Part shown: positions 1 through 13,267 of the stretch, one piece after another | Position numbering within the stretch: position 1 is the first letter of the stretch | How the letters are laid out: the number at the start of each line of letters is the position of its first letter | Assembly: GCA_951406725.2 (NCBI GenBank) | Contig: OX597816.1 | Location: 128,278,001 to 128,342,000, forward strand | From: Octopus vulgaris | Lineage: Eukaryota | Length of the DNA: 64,000 nucleotides | Reading direction: 5' to 3' | Notes under the pieces: model-generated | Told to the model about the DNA's origin: nothing | The model's input: the letters and a program-made list of their open reading frames with translations, nothing else | Database searches by the model: none | Position numbers and translations under genes: made by a program

Positions 1-519
1 GTTGTTTTTTCTGTTGCAACCTATCCAGTTTAGAGTTAAAAAAAAAAAAAGATGAAAAAGATGGTCCTAATCAATTTTCATCACTGCTGCTAGGCAAGTA
101 TGAACCATAGAGAATGATAAGTCATCATGTCAGAGCAATTTTCTTTTCATTATTATTTCTCTCTATAGCTGCATACTGCATTATTTTGAAGATCAAAAGT
201 TAAATATTTCTATCCTTTATGGAATGTTTTCTGAAATTGGTTTAATATATTTCTATTTTCTTAAAGTGCAAAAGTTCAAATTGGGGCTCAAAAATCTAAA
301 TTTTCAAATATTTGTAATATAATTGAAAAACTCAAACTCAAAGCTTTGGGCTAGTTTAGTTTCTGTGATAGAATCCCAGAAACATTTTATGTATGCACAT
401 GCACACACACATACACACACATTTGCGGACAAACTGTCACACATGGATACATAAATACATTCATACACAAAAATTCATACATACATACATACATAGATAC
501 CTACACACACACACATATA

Positions 520-780
520 ATTGTTAAAGAGGACAAAATACGTTAAGGCAAGGCAAACATCTGAAGTCATATACATTATTATTACTATTGGTAAAGATTC
601 AAAGTCTTACAGCTGTATCTGGGATATCCCAGAATATGGGATATTCCATCATCGGAGACAAATGGGGAAAATGAGAAGGGTATAGATTAATGAAATTATG
701 ACATAGAGGACAGGAGAAAAGGAATAAGGAGATGAAAAAGAGAAGAAAAAGAAGTATAAACGTTTACAGTTCAACTTACC
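520..780 (-). mobile_element. Penelope-like terminal (pLTR-type) fragment with a degenerate hammerhead motif
   Basis: Minus strand 604-659 reads GTCT-CCGATGA-T-GGAATATCCCA..TGGGATATCCC-AGATA-CAGCTG-TA-AGAC, a hammerhead layout with a mutated core, next to a CA/TA microsatellite. Confidence 0.45.
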
Positions 781-1179
781 GATCTGGTAGAAATAAGGAC
801 TTATGGACTTCTAACCCCACTAGGTTTCCCACTGTGGGGATGAGGTGAACCGAGAAAAAAGGGCCTGTGACATAAGTGGCTGAGGGGCTCTACTGGAAGA
901 GTAGGAGTGAGAGATGTTACATGAGTGGAAGTAGGACCAGCGTAGGCCTCTTCATTTTGGGGAGATCATGGCAGATGGATGCGTGTGGATGTATGAGCTA
1001 GAGAGGGAATTTGGTAAGTTCTGGTGATAGATTAAGCAGGTAGGGCACTTATCAGATGTAACACAGCTGGATAGTCGATGTGGCAAAGGAAACTGGAAGG
1101 TAGGTGACTCACACTTTGTTCCTCATACAACACCCATCCTTAAAAAAAATACATGTCAAGTGTTAAAAAAAATACATGT

Positions 1180-1960
1180 CAAGTGTGAAAATACCTCAAG
1201 TTGCTTCTATCCAACAAGGCCACTTACTTTGACAATAATCCTTACATTAAAACATTACACTACAGAACATTGTCTCTTTACTCAACAAACCTTTGAATCT
1301 CTCACTCTCTAAAGGGACATACTGAGACATTTAGATATATGTTGTAGAGTATTGCATTCTCAAGAAAGGCAACTCTTTTGACCCAGCCAACTATCATCTC
1401 ATTGCTCTCACCTCCAACATCTTCAAGTTAATAGTGACAGACATTAACAATGGTGGAGGCACGTGGCTTAGTGGTTAGGGTGTCAGCACCATAATTGTAA
1501 GATTGTGGTTTTGATTCCTGGACCGGGCAAAACACTCCTTTCACATTGCTCCAGTCCACACAGCTGGCAAAAATGAGTAAAAAGGTGGCAAGCTGGCAGA
1601 AACGTTAGCATACCGGGAGAAATGCTTAGCGGTATTTCGTCTGCAGCAACATTCTGAGTTCAAATTCTGTGGAGGTGGACTTTGCCTTTCATCCTTTCGG
1701 GGTCGATAAATAAAGTACCAGTTACGCGCTGGGTCGATATAATCGACTTAATCCATTTGTCTGTCTTTGTTTGTCCTCTCTGTGTGTAGCCCCTTGTGGG
1801 CAGTAAAGAAATAAGACATTAACAATGTCATTTTTTATCCCCTTCAATCCCTCCCTCTTTTCATTGAACCAGATCCACTGGATACTTACTTATTTCACTC
1901 AGCATTGGGCTCTTTCCTTAGAGAAGTTTGGGGAAAATAATGTAATTGCTCAAGACATCA
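1180..1960 (+). mobile_element. Decayed non-LTR (Jockey/CR1-group) RT fragment, interrupted by SINEs
   Basis: Translates ...KKGNSFDPANYHLIALTSNIFKL (NYRPIAL-like) before 1452 and resumes after 1814 with LTYFTQHWALSLEKFGENNVIAQDIS (pre-DxxKAFD region). Confidence 0.6.
1453..1813 (+). mobile_element. Composite of two tRNA-derived SINEs (5' part of one family at 1453-1581, full copy of another at 1582-1813)
   Basis: A-box/B-box-like heads (GTGGCTTAGTGG; GAGTTCAAATTC); both families recur in the window; flanked by the 14-bp direct repeat AGACATTAACAATG at 1439-1452 and 1814-1827. Confidence 0.8.
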
Positions 1961-2469
1961 GCAGAGCCAGACTGTACTTAGCATACATATCAGAGCTACC
2001 AAAACTTCCTGTAAATACTTTGTTTAGTACTGATAATGGACAGAGTCAAAAACTATTGAGCAGGTTGCAAGAAGCAATTAAAACTTTGGAAAAAATAAGT
2101 ACATAAATTAATTGAGGGGAAATTGAACTGGTGAGTGTGTTAGGTAATAAGGCGAAAAACAAAATGACTCTCCCCAGACACAACAAAATATGTTTGTGCA
2201 TATAGTCTTCATGCATCTTTCATTTCTTGTATCAGTAGCTGCCTATCAGATTGCACCCCAGCTGTATGTGTTAATGATGCTCTTTGTGTCTTACTTGCAA
2301 TCAACTTTTGCATGTCCCAGGGTCTAATTATATCCTCCACTGCATGTTCATATGCATTGTGTATGTCTTGTACTTCATGATATAACCCTCCTCTGCTTTT
2401 AATTTTTACAGATATTTCTGTTTTATTCCCTTGGGCCTTTAGTTGTTCTAGCGAGTTAAAACAATTGTA

Positions 2470-2690
2470 TATCTGAGTATATACCTACCTATGGTACAAA
2501 AGTTGTTCTCCTGATGGTAGTGCAATCCTCCAGGACAATAATGCACAATTTCACATGGCTAATGTTATTCAAAATTGGTATGAAGAACACAAAAGTGAAG
2601 TAAGCTATTTGTATTGGTTCCCACAATCTCTGGATTGCAATATAACTGAACATATATGATGTATTTTGGAGATAAAAAAGTGAGAAGCCA
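2470..2690 (+). mobile_element. Tc1-type transposase remnant
   Basis: Translates PDGSAILQDNNAQFHMANVIQNWYEEH...WFPQSLDCNITEHI, similar to FQDDNAPxH...WPPQSPDLNxIEH. Confidence 0.7.
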
Positions 2691-4127
2691 TTTCCCTCTG
2701 CAATCATTGTTGAAAGAGCTGAAGTTTGTTTTATTTGAAAAATGGTTAAAAATTCCTCTAACAGCCTTTCAGAACTTGTATGAGTCAATTTCTCAATATA
2801 TTAAAGATTAATAGATATATATCACTGATGTCACAGGTGGATCATCTCCTCATTAAATAATAAAACTTCCATTTAACAACACGTTTCTAGTATTTTGTTC
2901 AACCTCTGTATTTACACGTACATGCACACACACATAAAATGTATAAATTTACACAAACACACACGTGTTTATGTATGAATTCTGCTTTATTAGATTATAT
3001 TTTGCTTAAATCTACTTAAATCTATAATAAACTTTCAGCTTCTCATATTATTAGTAGATATCTGCAATACAGTCAGATTGTTAGAAACATGGCTGAAAAA
3101 AAAATTTGCAAAAGAAAATACTAAAATCGCCACATATTATTTGTAGGAATAAAAATACAGAAGATAAAAATCAAGGAAATTCTGTGGTACTGTTCTTCAT
3201 AATTGACAATGCTAAACTATAAAACATGAAGCTTGAGAAAAGAAAATATTTTTCTCGAGTAGCTCTTTGACTGAGTGCATATGAAATATGTTTCAGAATG
3301 TTTTTACAAGATAATAGAATTTTGGCTCTTGATTAAGAAGAAAATTCAGTGCCTGTGGTCTTTATAGAACTTCCTAGACTGGAAAATCAAGGAAAATAGA
3401 TGATATTAGAGCAGTGTACAGTTTAAGTTAATTTTTTTTTTTTTTCAAATTAGTAGTTGAAAAATCATGCACTTGAGATATATATGAATGATGTTTAGTG
3501 CATTGTCTGCAAGGTGAGACATAGTGATGCTGATGATGATGACAAGGGGAAACACTGGCAATAAGGAGTTTCTGTCAGTCTTTCTATGGCAATGCTACTG
3601 AGTTGCCAATTTTGGACAATTAAAGGCCATTGTAGTAATGGTAGAAAGATGTAGGAGCAGTGTGATATTCTCAGTAATTGGATGATGTCAGTGGGTTTAG
3701 CTTATTTTTTGTCAAGAAGACTGAATGCTGTCCAAGTGCATGTGTGTTTGTGTATATGTGTGTGTATGTACATCGTAAGCAGTATCTCAGTGTAGGATAT
3801 ATTTTTAGCTTTATATAAGGTTATCAACTGTTTAGGCTTGAAGTAATTTTACATGGATCCCACAATGTAATTTGGTAGAGTGGAATATATAGGATACGAT
3901 TGCTATGAAAGATTCTCAAATACGGTTATATCTAAGAACACATAATCAGCACAGGTAGTTTTATGATAGACTTGTGAATTCTTTATAAAGAGAAATGTGT
4001 ATCGAAGTTTTGTATATTTGAAATGCCTTGAGAATGTTTTTGCACTTTTGAATAAAGCTAAATCTTTTAACCTCTGTTGCAGAGCTAGCAGGCATTCTAA
4101 ATAAAAAGTATTGAAATAAATATTGAG

Positions 4128-4290
4128 AGGTGCAGGTGTATTTGTCTGGTTAAGAAGTTCATTTACTAAACATATGGTTTTGGGTTCAGTCCTACTGTGT
4201 GGCAGCTTGGGTAAATGTTTTCTGCTATGGCCTTGGACCAACCAGAGCTTTGTGAGTGGAATTGGTAGGCAAACCTTGAAAGGAGCCAGC
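4128..4290 (+). mobile_element. SINE 5' half (family with internal TA/TG microsatellite)
   Basis: GGGTTCAGTCCTACTGTGTGGCA..CTTTGTGAGTGGA motif shared with the copies at 10575, 17966, 21950, 23290 and 59806. Confidence 0.75.
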
Positions 4291-4291
4291 C

Positions 4292-4401
<110 letters not shown>

Positions 4402-4407
4402 GTACAT

Positions 4408-5365
4408 ATTAGGTGACCAAGTTAGTAGTGGTGGAGGTTCTGAAAGCATAGCTACTAGAATAAGAATAGACTGGGCAAAGTTCAGAGAGCTACTACCTCT
4501 GTTAGTAATGAAGAGCCTCTCCCTTAGAGTGAAAGGCAGATTGCATGATGCCTGTGTATGAATTGCTATGCTACTTGGCAGTTAGATATGGGCTGTGAAT
4601 ACTGAGGACATATGAAAGTTTGAAAGAAATGAAGCCAGTATGCTCCACTGGATGGGTAATGTCAGTGTGCATATTTGACAGAGTGTAAGTGATTTGAGAG
4701 AAAAACTGAGTATACGAGGCATCAGATGTAGCAAGCAAGAGAGAAGACTGTACTGGTATGCCTATGTAATGTGTATAAATGAAGGCAGTTGCATCGAGAA
4801 GTGCTTATCTCTAATTGTTGAAGGAACATGTGAAAGAGGTAGATCCAGGAAGACATGAGATGAATGGTGAGAAAGGATCTTCAAACATTGGGCCTCACCA
4901 AGGGAATGTCAGAGGACTGAGACACCTGGCAGTTTGCTGTGCTTAAGACAGGTCAAGCTAGGTAAAATCAGGGTTGTCCTTGCATACATACATGTCCCTT
5001 GCATCCCTCTTCAGCTGAATGCTCCTAATCTTGTAGACTCATGGGTGCTGGTGTCATGTAAAAAGCATTCATGCAGTGCTACTGTTATGTCGCACGTTCG
5101 GAAACCTCTACTACTCAAATCGACTCTCTACTCTAGTCTACTGCTACTACCTGACGTCTAGGCTTCTCCCTATATATCTGCGTATTGGACTAGCCTACTT
5201 CAACGTCTGGGGGCATCCACACAACAGCTACATAAAACACCCAGTACACTCTGTAAAGGGATAAATGTTAGGAAGGGTTTCCAGCCATAGAAACAGACAT
5301 GATGCCCAAGCCTCACACAACCAGCCAGTCCTGTCAAACCATCCCAGTAGCATAAAAATCCCGCA
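4408..5365 (+). mobile_element. RTE-clade LINE 3' fragment
   Basis: LGDQVSSGGGSESIATRIRIDWAKFRELLPLL..KGRLHDACV, then the 3' UTR tail motif shared with other RTE tails. Confidence 0.75.
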
Positions 5366-6240
5366 TTCTGGTGGCGATGAAATCGTTGAAGGCGTTTTTG
5401 CCATTGTCTTGGTTTTTTAAGCATTTCTCACACAGGAGGTTGTCGAGATGCTTGAAAAAGTGGTAGTTGGTAGGCAAGAGGTCTGATGAGTATGACGGAT
5501 AAGGCAGAGTTTCGTAGCCCAATTCATTCAACTTCTGCAGGGTCAGTTGTGTGACATGTGGCTGAGTGTTGTCGTGGAGAAGAATTGGTCCTTTTCTATT
5601 GACCAATGCTGGCTGTTATCAGATTTTTTTATGCATTTCATCCATTTGCTGACAGCATTTCTACACCATAATGGTCTCGCCAGGATCCAAAAAGCTGTGA
5701 TGGATGAGACAAGCTGCAGACCACCAAACAGTCACCATGACATTCTTTTGGTGCAACTTTGGCTTCAGGAAGTGCCATGGAGCTTCGTCAGCGTCCAACC
5801 ACTGAGCTGAGCATCGCCAGTTGTCGTAAAGAATCCACTTTCCATCGCAAATCACAATCCGGTCGAGAAATAGGTCATTCTTGTTGTGTAAAAAAAAGGG
5901 AAAGTAACTCTTCAAAACGGCGTGGTTTTTTTTTTTAGTTGTCATTCAATTCATACAGCACCCATTTCTCAAGTATTTTTGTTTTTCCAATCTCTTTCAA
6001 GTGGTTGGAAATTGTTGTATACATTACGTCTAATTCAGAAGCAAACTCTCGAACAGTTGTGCATGGATTGGCTCTTAGTTGATTGCTGTCAACGTCCGAT
6101 GGCCGACCACTATGCTTATCATCTTCAAGACTCTCATCGCCATTACGAAATTTTTTTAAACCACCATTGTGCTGTATGTTCATTAGTGGTTCCTGGGCCA
6201 AATGCATCGTTGATATCATTAATGCCATTTGGAAATGTGT
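5366..6240 (-). mobile_element. Mariner transposase pseudogene (frameshifted)
   Basis: Helix-turn-helix region FRNGDESLED..SGRPS; WVLYEL (like WVPHEL); DRIVICDGKWILYDN; LLHDNTQPH; YSSDLLPTNYHFF (like YSPDLAPxDYHLF). Confidence 0.9.
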
Positions 6241-6298
6241 TAATGTTGCAACATCCCTATCTTATCCTCACCAATTCCAATGTACTGTTTTTGAGACA

Positions 6299-6526
6299 TT
6301 AACTCTTTAGCATTCAAATTACTCTGTCAAATATAATGCTTATTTATTCACATTGTTTTGAATTAATTATGCATTATCCTTTAGCTTCAAGTTTTCGATG
6401 GTGTAATTACTTATTCTTAAAATAACATTGTAGGATAGGTGTGAGAAGCCAGATCTGGCCACATTGAACATAAAATAGATAGAATATTTGGGCTGGATAT
6501 GGCCTATTTAAATGCTAATGGGTTAA
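6299..6526. mobile_element. piggyBac-type MITE
   Basis: TTAA|CTCTTTAGCATT ... AATGCTAATGGG|TTAA termini; a partial copy lies at 22795-22940. Confidence 0.7.
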
Positions 6527-7103
6527 TGAAAGAACTATTGCAAGCCTTGCACAGAAATTGAGGTGTTTTAAAATATCATGATGGATGGGCTTCTTTTATA
6601 ATAAATAACTGTTTTGACATAAGTTGGGAAAATTCTGAAATGAACTTTAGACCTTATAGAAACAACACCATTTTGATAACAAGTTAAATGGTTTTGCAAG
6701 TATCAAATGTAACAAAAAAAAGAAGAAAAAGCAAAAAAAGAAAAAAATATTTCCCTCCCAAACAAATAGCACAACTATCAAGTACTCATTAGAGGAGTGA
6801 AATAGAATATGATAACAATATGTCACTGTATTGTTTTCTTTATACATTTTACCAGACTTTCTTATTTATTTAAATGCTATAACAACATATTTGACAAATA
6901 TTAAGATGCTTAATAAACCCATTGTTACTCTCCCTTTCTCTCTAAATGAGGATATGAATGCATATAACATGTGTCTTATATGTTTGCTGTATCAGTCAAA
7001 ATATTTCCTGTGTTTTAACCTCTCTTCCTCTCTCTTTCCCACTTCTGCTTTTTATTTCCATGTAATTTTCATTTTGGCTTTTTTTTTTTTTTGCTTTGCT
7101 CAG

Positions 7104-7194
7104 CTGGGAGTCAGTTATATCAGATGGACCTTTCAGATTTCACAGGGGAAAAGAAGAGAACAAGAACTGAAACTGAAGAGAAAAACAAAAACAG
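7104..7194 (+). other. Candidate exon on the plus strand
   Basis: About 100-nt AG-free pyrimidine tract with branch-like TTTTAAC, ending TTTGCTCAG; purine-rich 91-nt body; CAG|GTATTA donor; two frames open, e.g. GSQLYQMDLSDFTGEKKRTRTETEEKNKN. Confidence 0.35.
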
Positions 7195-8814
7195 GTATTA
7201 CATGCTAGACATTCAAAATATTCTAGTTTCAAACTGCTGACAGAGAGATCGTCTGTTGAAACTTTTTCTACTTTCTGAGAGTCTGTGACACAGTTAGTTA
7301 AATAATACTAAGAAGAATCACCAAATCAACTATCTGTATTATCCTCTTGTAGCCCATTTCACTTAAATGCTTACAAAAGAATGAAAATCAGTTAAATTCC
7401 TCTAATTTCTAGAAGATAATCTTCTACTTATGTAGTGGTGACCTAACACCATTTAAAACATAGATTACTGTTGTGTCTTTCAAATCATCAGAGTAATCAT
7501 ATATATCTCTCACCCTCTTTCTTTCCCTGTCTATCTATCTATCTATCTATCTATCTATCGATCTATCTGTCTTTGGATAAGAATAACGTCTACTATTTTG
7601 CTATTGCTGTGAAAATCCTTTCTTTCTAGTATTTGAAGTGGGAATAGATGCTTTAGCATGGCATAGGTTATTGGAATTTACATATATATATATACAAGTG
7701 ATAGTGTTAGGGCACTATATTCAAGCTAATCACAAGAAGCAGCTTGTTAAAGGAAGGACTAGACATGAGTAAGAGAAAATGAGGTGAAAGGGGTCAGAAC
7801 AATGTAGTTTAGGATGAAAAGGAAAAAAAGAGTAGGAGAAAGGAAAATGAAAGAAAGCATTTTGAAGATGATGCATCCAGGCAGATTTGGCATCAAACTG
7901 AACAGTGATGTGGTAACGAAAGTCCCATGGGGTTGGTCAAGTAAGATAGAATTGTTTTCATCATTATGATTTCAAAGGGGCAATAACAATGAGCAAAGAA
8001 AAACTAAGAGATGTGGCTTATGCATTGATTGTATCAGTGCTAGAGAAGAAGGGAGAACTTCCAGCAGAGTTTCATATTTTATAATCCTTTTTCAGATACC
8101 TGCTTTCAGCTACGAATAAAAAGAGAGTGAAGAAAGATGGAGAATGAAAGAAGAAGAGAAGAAAAAAAGAAAGGAAACAAGGTTTCTCACTCTAAAATTG
8201 TCTTTCAATGAAATTTTCTTTTGCCTTCTACAACAAAAATTACTGAGGTAATGAAAGAGCTTCAGTACAGTTTGCTAGAAATAGTGACCAAATCTTTTTG
8301 ATATCACACCCTATCATCTTTAAAAAAGACTGATTGGATTATATAATCCCAAGTAATATTCTTGAAAATAAAAGAAAAAGAAAAACAAAGAAAAAAACTC
8401 ACAGGATTATCATGGCTGGAATACTTTTTATCATAGATCTGGTTAATCAGGAGTGGTTTGGGCCTAAATAATGATTATGGATTCTGATCCTCTTTCATGA
8501 ACTTAAAAACAAAAGTACAAATTGAGGACAAATCTATTGAATTCAGATATAGTAACCTTTGGTCGAGATTTGGTAAAAATTTAGTAAATATTAGGAATTA
8601 GTAATTACATAAAAATAGATATAACTTAGTAAAATATTAAAACAGTGGTTTTCAAACAGCGTGTCTAAAGGGGTGTCTAAATGCACCATGAAATTTTAAG
8701 AATATGATTTTAAGGTTTTAGAAAATTCATAGTAATGCTTGAGTGCCTTGAAAATTTGTTCATAACTTTGCTGTATACCTGTATTGTAAATAAGACAAGA
8801 TATCTCTGTTTATC

Positions 8815-9035
8815 TTTTATCTTTTACCTGTTTTAATCATTAGACTGTGGCCATGCTGGGGCACTTCCTTGAAGAAGTTTTAGATGAATTAATTGACCCT
8901 AGTACATATTACTTTTTGTAAAACTTGATACTTATTCTATCGGTCTCTTTTGCTGAACCACTAGGTTACAGAGACATAAACACAGCAACACAAGTTGTCA
9001 AACGGTAGTGGGGGACAAACAGACACAAAGACACA
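8815..9035 (-). mobile_element. SINE 3' half
   Basis: Reverse complement of the CCAGCATGGCCACAGTC..AAAAG tail and GATAGAATAAGTA motif. Confidence 0.75.
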
Positions 9036-9439
9036 TCTCTCGTGTGTTTATATATTTTTTGCTCATTGGTGATGTCCTGTACTTTATGCGTATAGGATTC
9101 TCTATGCTGCTGACTGATAGAATAAGTACTAGGCTTACAAAAATAAGTCCTGAGGTCAATTTCTTTGACTAAAAAGCCCTTTAAGGCAGTGCTCCAGCAT
9201 GGCTGCAGTCAAATGACTGAAACAAATGAAAGAATAAAAGAATATATGTGTGTGTGCATGTGTGCGTGCACGTGAGAGTGTGTGTGTGTGTGTGTGTGTG
9301 TGAATGTGTGTGAAGGCACATGGCTTAGTGGTTAGGGTGTTGTACTCACAATTGCAAGATTGTGGGTTTGATTCCCATACTGGGCCAGTTGACATTGCCG
9401 TAGTGGGAGCATATTCTCTCTCCAAAGCACTGCCATAGC

Positions 9440-9895
9440 AACTGCATTGTTTATCTTGTAGTATGAGCAGTTGTGCCCATCTTGCTGGAACCATGTGTGA
9501 GGTTTATTTTGAATGGCCTTCACGTTCTCCAGACTTGACTAGCCCGGATTTTTTGTTGTGGGGATACCTGAAAGTGAGGGTTTACATCGACAAACCAGAG
9601 ACCCTGGTGCAACGAAAGGAGAACATCAACAGAGAAATCAGTGACGTGGAGTCTGAAACGCTTGAGGGTGTTTTGGTGCAAGTTTTGGAAAGAACATAGC
9701 ATGTGAAGCTGAAAATGGCTGCTATTTAAGTGATGTCATTTTTCATGTGTAATGTAGTGGTGTTGCAAAATTTGACTTGTGCATATTAATTTTCATTATG
9801 TCCTTTATATTGTATGAAAATTTCATGCATTTATTTGTAGAGTTAAGGAAGTTATTAAAAATTGAAACCATCAGTGACTTTTGGTACAACCTGTA
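9440..9895 (+). mobile_element. Tc1/mariner-superfamily 3' fragment with terminal inverted repeat
   Basis: EWPSRSPDLTSPDFLLWGYLKVRVY motif; ends ACTTTTGGTACAACCTG|TA. Confidence 0.8.
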
Positions 9896-9932
9896 TATAT
9901 ATATATATATATAATTATATCGTATATGTGAG

Positions 9933-9986
<54 letters not shown>

Positions 9987-10574
9987 CATACATATATATA
10001 TATATATACATACATACATACATATACATACATACATACATATATTAACCTTTTTGCAACTTAAGGAATATATGTTTATTGCAATTTTCCCAAAGTTTTG
10101 TTAGATTGGACACACCATTATTCTGGATGCCATTGTTTACTGTAGCGTAAACATTGCAGATGTGTCACAAATAAAGTGATAAAGTATTTCCATGCCAAAC
10201 CTACAACCTCACGTTGATCTTTGAGTTTACAGTTATTTCACTTCGACTATATCAATTATTCCCCGGGAAAGATATGATCACTTCTACTTTCCCTTCAGAG
10301 AAATAATTATATCTAACCAGCTAGTAATAGATGTATGAAGAAAGCACAAATACAGAATATGTATCTGAATGTAATAAATAAGTCTAAAGCTCTCAATATT
10401 CTTTTGAGTTCATGGTACACAGCAGATCAAATCAAAATTACTGTCTCACTTCGTATAGTAAGTTAAAACATACAAAGAATATTTCAATGTTAAAAATTTA
10501 GAAAAATTGTACAGAAATCTATTGCTTATATGGTTTTATTAGTAATACTTGTATATTGGCACAAGTGTAGTATA

Positions 10575-10745
10575 CAGATGCAGATGTGGCAGCATGGTGA
10601 GAATTTTGCTTTCCAACCAAAATGTTCTGAGTTCAGTTTCACTGCGCGGCACCTTGGGAAAGTGTCTTCTACTTATAGCCCCAGGCCAATCAAAGCTTTG
10701 TGAGTGAATTTGGTAGATAGATAGAAACTGAAAGAAGCTGACTGT

Positions 10746-10789
<44 letters not shown>

Positions 10790-11140
10790 ATATATATATA
10801 CTTTATTTATGGGTTAAGGCTACCATTGGTTTCATGTTAAGGGAAAAATTCCTAAGCAGCTAATAAGCCTACCACCAATGCAGTATTGAGCACTCATTCT
10901 CATTGTTTGGTATTAATGTGTATATGTATGTATGTATGTGTGTGTGTGTGCCTATGTTTGTCCACTGCCACTTGACAACCACTGTTAATTTGCTTATGTC
11001 CCTGTAACTTAGTGATTCAGCAAAAAAGACTAATAGTATAAGTACTATGATGGAAAAATAGTCTGTAGTTGATTTGTTTTACTAAACCCTTCAAGATCGT
11101 GCCCCAGCATGGCTGTAGTCCAATAACTGAAAGACGTAAA
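10575..11140 (+). mobile_element. Full-length SINE with internal microsatellite and a nested insertion at about 10800-10920
   Basis: tRNA-like head, CAAAGCTTTGTGAGTGAATTTGG, TA array, CCAGCATGGCTGTAGTC tail. Confidence 0.8.
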
Positions 11141-12957
11141 AAAAAAGGCGCAATGGTCCAGTGGTTAGGGCAGTGGACTTGCGGTCGTAAGAACATGGCT
11201 TCAATTCCCAGACTGGGCATTGTGAGTGTTTATTGAGCAACAACACCTAAGATCCACGAGGCTCCAGTGGGGGGAGGTGATGATCCCTGTTGTGCTAAAG
11301 CAGTTCTAGGGTCAATTTCTTTGACTAAAAAGCCCTCTAAGGTGGTGCTCCAGCATGGCCACAGTCAAACAACTAAAACAAGTAAAAGAATAAAAGAATA
11401 ATGACATTATGAAAAACACTTTTATCAAGACATGACACTGAGCCATTTATAAAAATTTTGTAAAGTCTTAGATTATATTTTTTAAAATCCACAGTGTACC
11501 TAAATATCCCTTTAATACACAATTGTTGTACTGCTGTTGTGCACTGTTGAGAACCACTGAATTAAATATTCATTGTCTGATTACATCATTAACATCCATA
11601 ACTTCCTTTACTCCTTCATCCACAGTTTTCAGTACAATCTTACATTTATGGATCAGCAAAGTGAAATAAATAACACAGAAGTTACTTGAAATAACTTAGA
11701 AAAAAACTATATAAATATGATCAAACATCCAATATTGTTTAAAAGTTTTCAGAGCAGTCCAGATAGTTTCCAATCATCCTCATATACAATATTTTCAAAA
11801 TATTCATATCTATTCTCACCAGATGAACATAGTGAAAACAAGTATCTGCTTATTGAGATTCTTTAGATCTAGTTTTCATGTATCTGATATATATACGTAT
11901 CATAGATCATATCAAACTACTACTTTTCAAGTTCAATATTGCATTGTCATTCAGTATATCGCTTCTAGCATAAGCACATAACACTTCTACATGTACATAC
12001 ACATACACAAAGACATGGTCTTTTCATAGATAATAAATTCTTTGACTATACTACTAACATAAATTTCCCAAAGTTTTTCCATGAATATAAAGTAAAGATT
12101 CCATCCAACATATTGAAACAGAGCAATACAGCAGCTAGTATAGAAATATTTATTTAATTACTTTTTATATGAATATTATTGCAGAATCAATTTCTGTAAA
12201 GTTTCATTTAATTTTACCTTTATAACAGGCAGTATGTCACATATTGTTGATATCATTCCCCTTCCAGAAGTAACTCAGAACTTGAAATCTCAGAAAGGCA
12301 CCATGTCAGACTTGAAACTATTTTCTTGCTTAACTCTCTCAAACTATGCCACATTAATAACTTAGCTCATTTGATAATATAACAACCCCCACAGTAAACA
12401 AACATGGAACTGTAAATAAAGAAACAGGATTCTTAGCCAGCAGTAAAATGGTTGGTTTGTTCTGAAAGTAACTGAAAGTTTGTAGAGCACCGCTGTCATC
12501 CAGTAAGCAATAAACTGAATGCAGCTGTGAAAATTACACTCTTCACACTATTGTGCACTGTTAATGAGACATTTCGCTTTCTTTTCTTTCAGCGAAATTA
12601 TTTTAGTATTAAATTACTGCAAATATTTAAGAGAAAGTCTGTCATGTAGACACGCAAAGATAGACAGATAGGGAGTGATTATTTCAATGTATTTCAACAA
12701 TTTTTATTATAACTACATTGAGGCAACTTAATGTAAACACCTAGAGTGAATAAAACTAAACATTATCCTCTTCAACATAAATATTTATCTCAGGTGTAAA
12801 ATAATTTCCTCTACACATAAAAATAATGAAGTGTTCAGAAATTTCTCAGACTGTCTCTTATATATCAATATATATATATATATATTTGTCTACTTATGTA
12901 TGTAACAAGCTGTAATCAAGTGATGGTAATGATAAGTGCAGTTTGTTTGTTTTGCAG

Positions 12958-13085
12958 ATAGTTATAATTTTTACATGTGAGAAAATAAGAACCTACATCT
13001 GTCACCTCTTACTGTTTATCAGCTTCTAGCAAGCTCAGTGCCCACCATCAAATCATTCTGTCTATGCTGCACTAAGTTCTTCTAG
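12958..13085 (+). other. Candidate non-coding exon on the plus strand
   Basis: GTTTGTTTGTTTTGCAG acceptor and TAG|GTAAGT donor; stops in all three frames. Confidence 0.3.
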
Positions 13086-13267
13086 GTAAGTGGAGCAAGA
13101 CACAAGTAGAAGGAAGTGCAAAAAGCCATTGCTCCAGGACACAGATTGGAAGGGGTGTCAAATTTCCTCTGGTACATAATACATATTAGGATGTGGGGCA
13201 CCAAAAGTGTATTTACAGGCTCACTATGCAACTGGACATGACAATTGGAACACTTTCATTTTTAGAC

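Noticed and set aside
1141-1186. 23-bp tandem duplication
   Set aside because: Simple slippage duplication with no further structure
1825-2106. 93-aa ORF as a host gene
   Set aside because: The first half is a LINE RT remnant and the rest has no recognisable motif or splice context
11147-11225. tRNA gene (also 56455-56530)
   Set aside because: A/B boxes are present but the cloverleaf is imperfect and runs into a SINE body or tail; these are SINE heads
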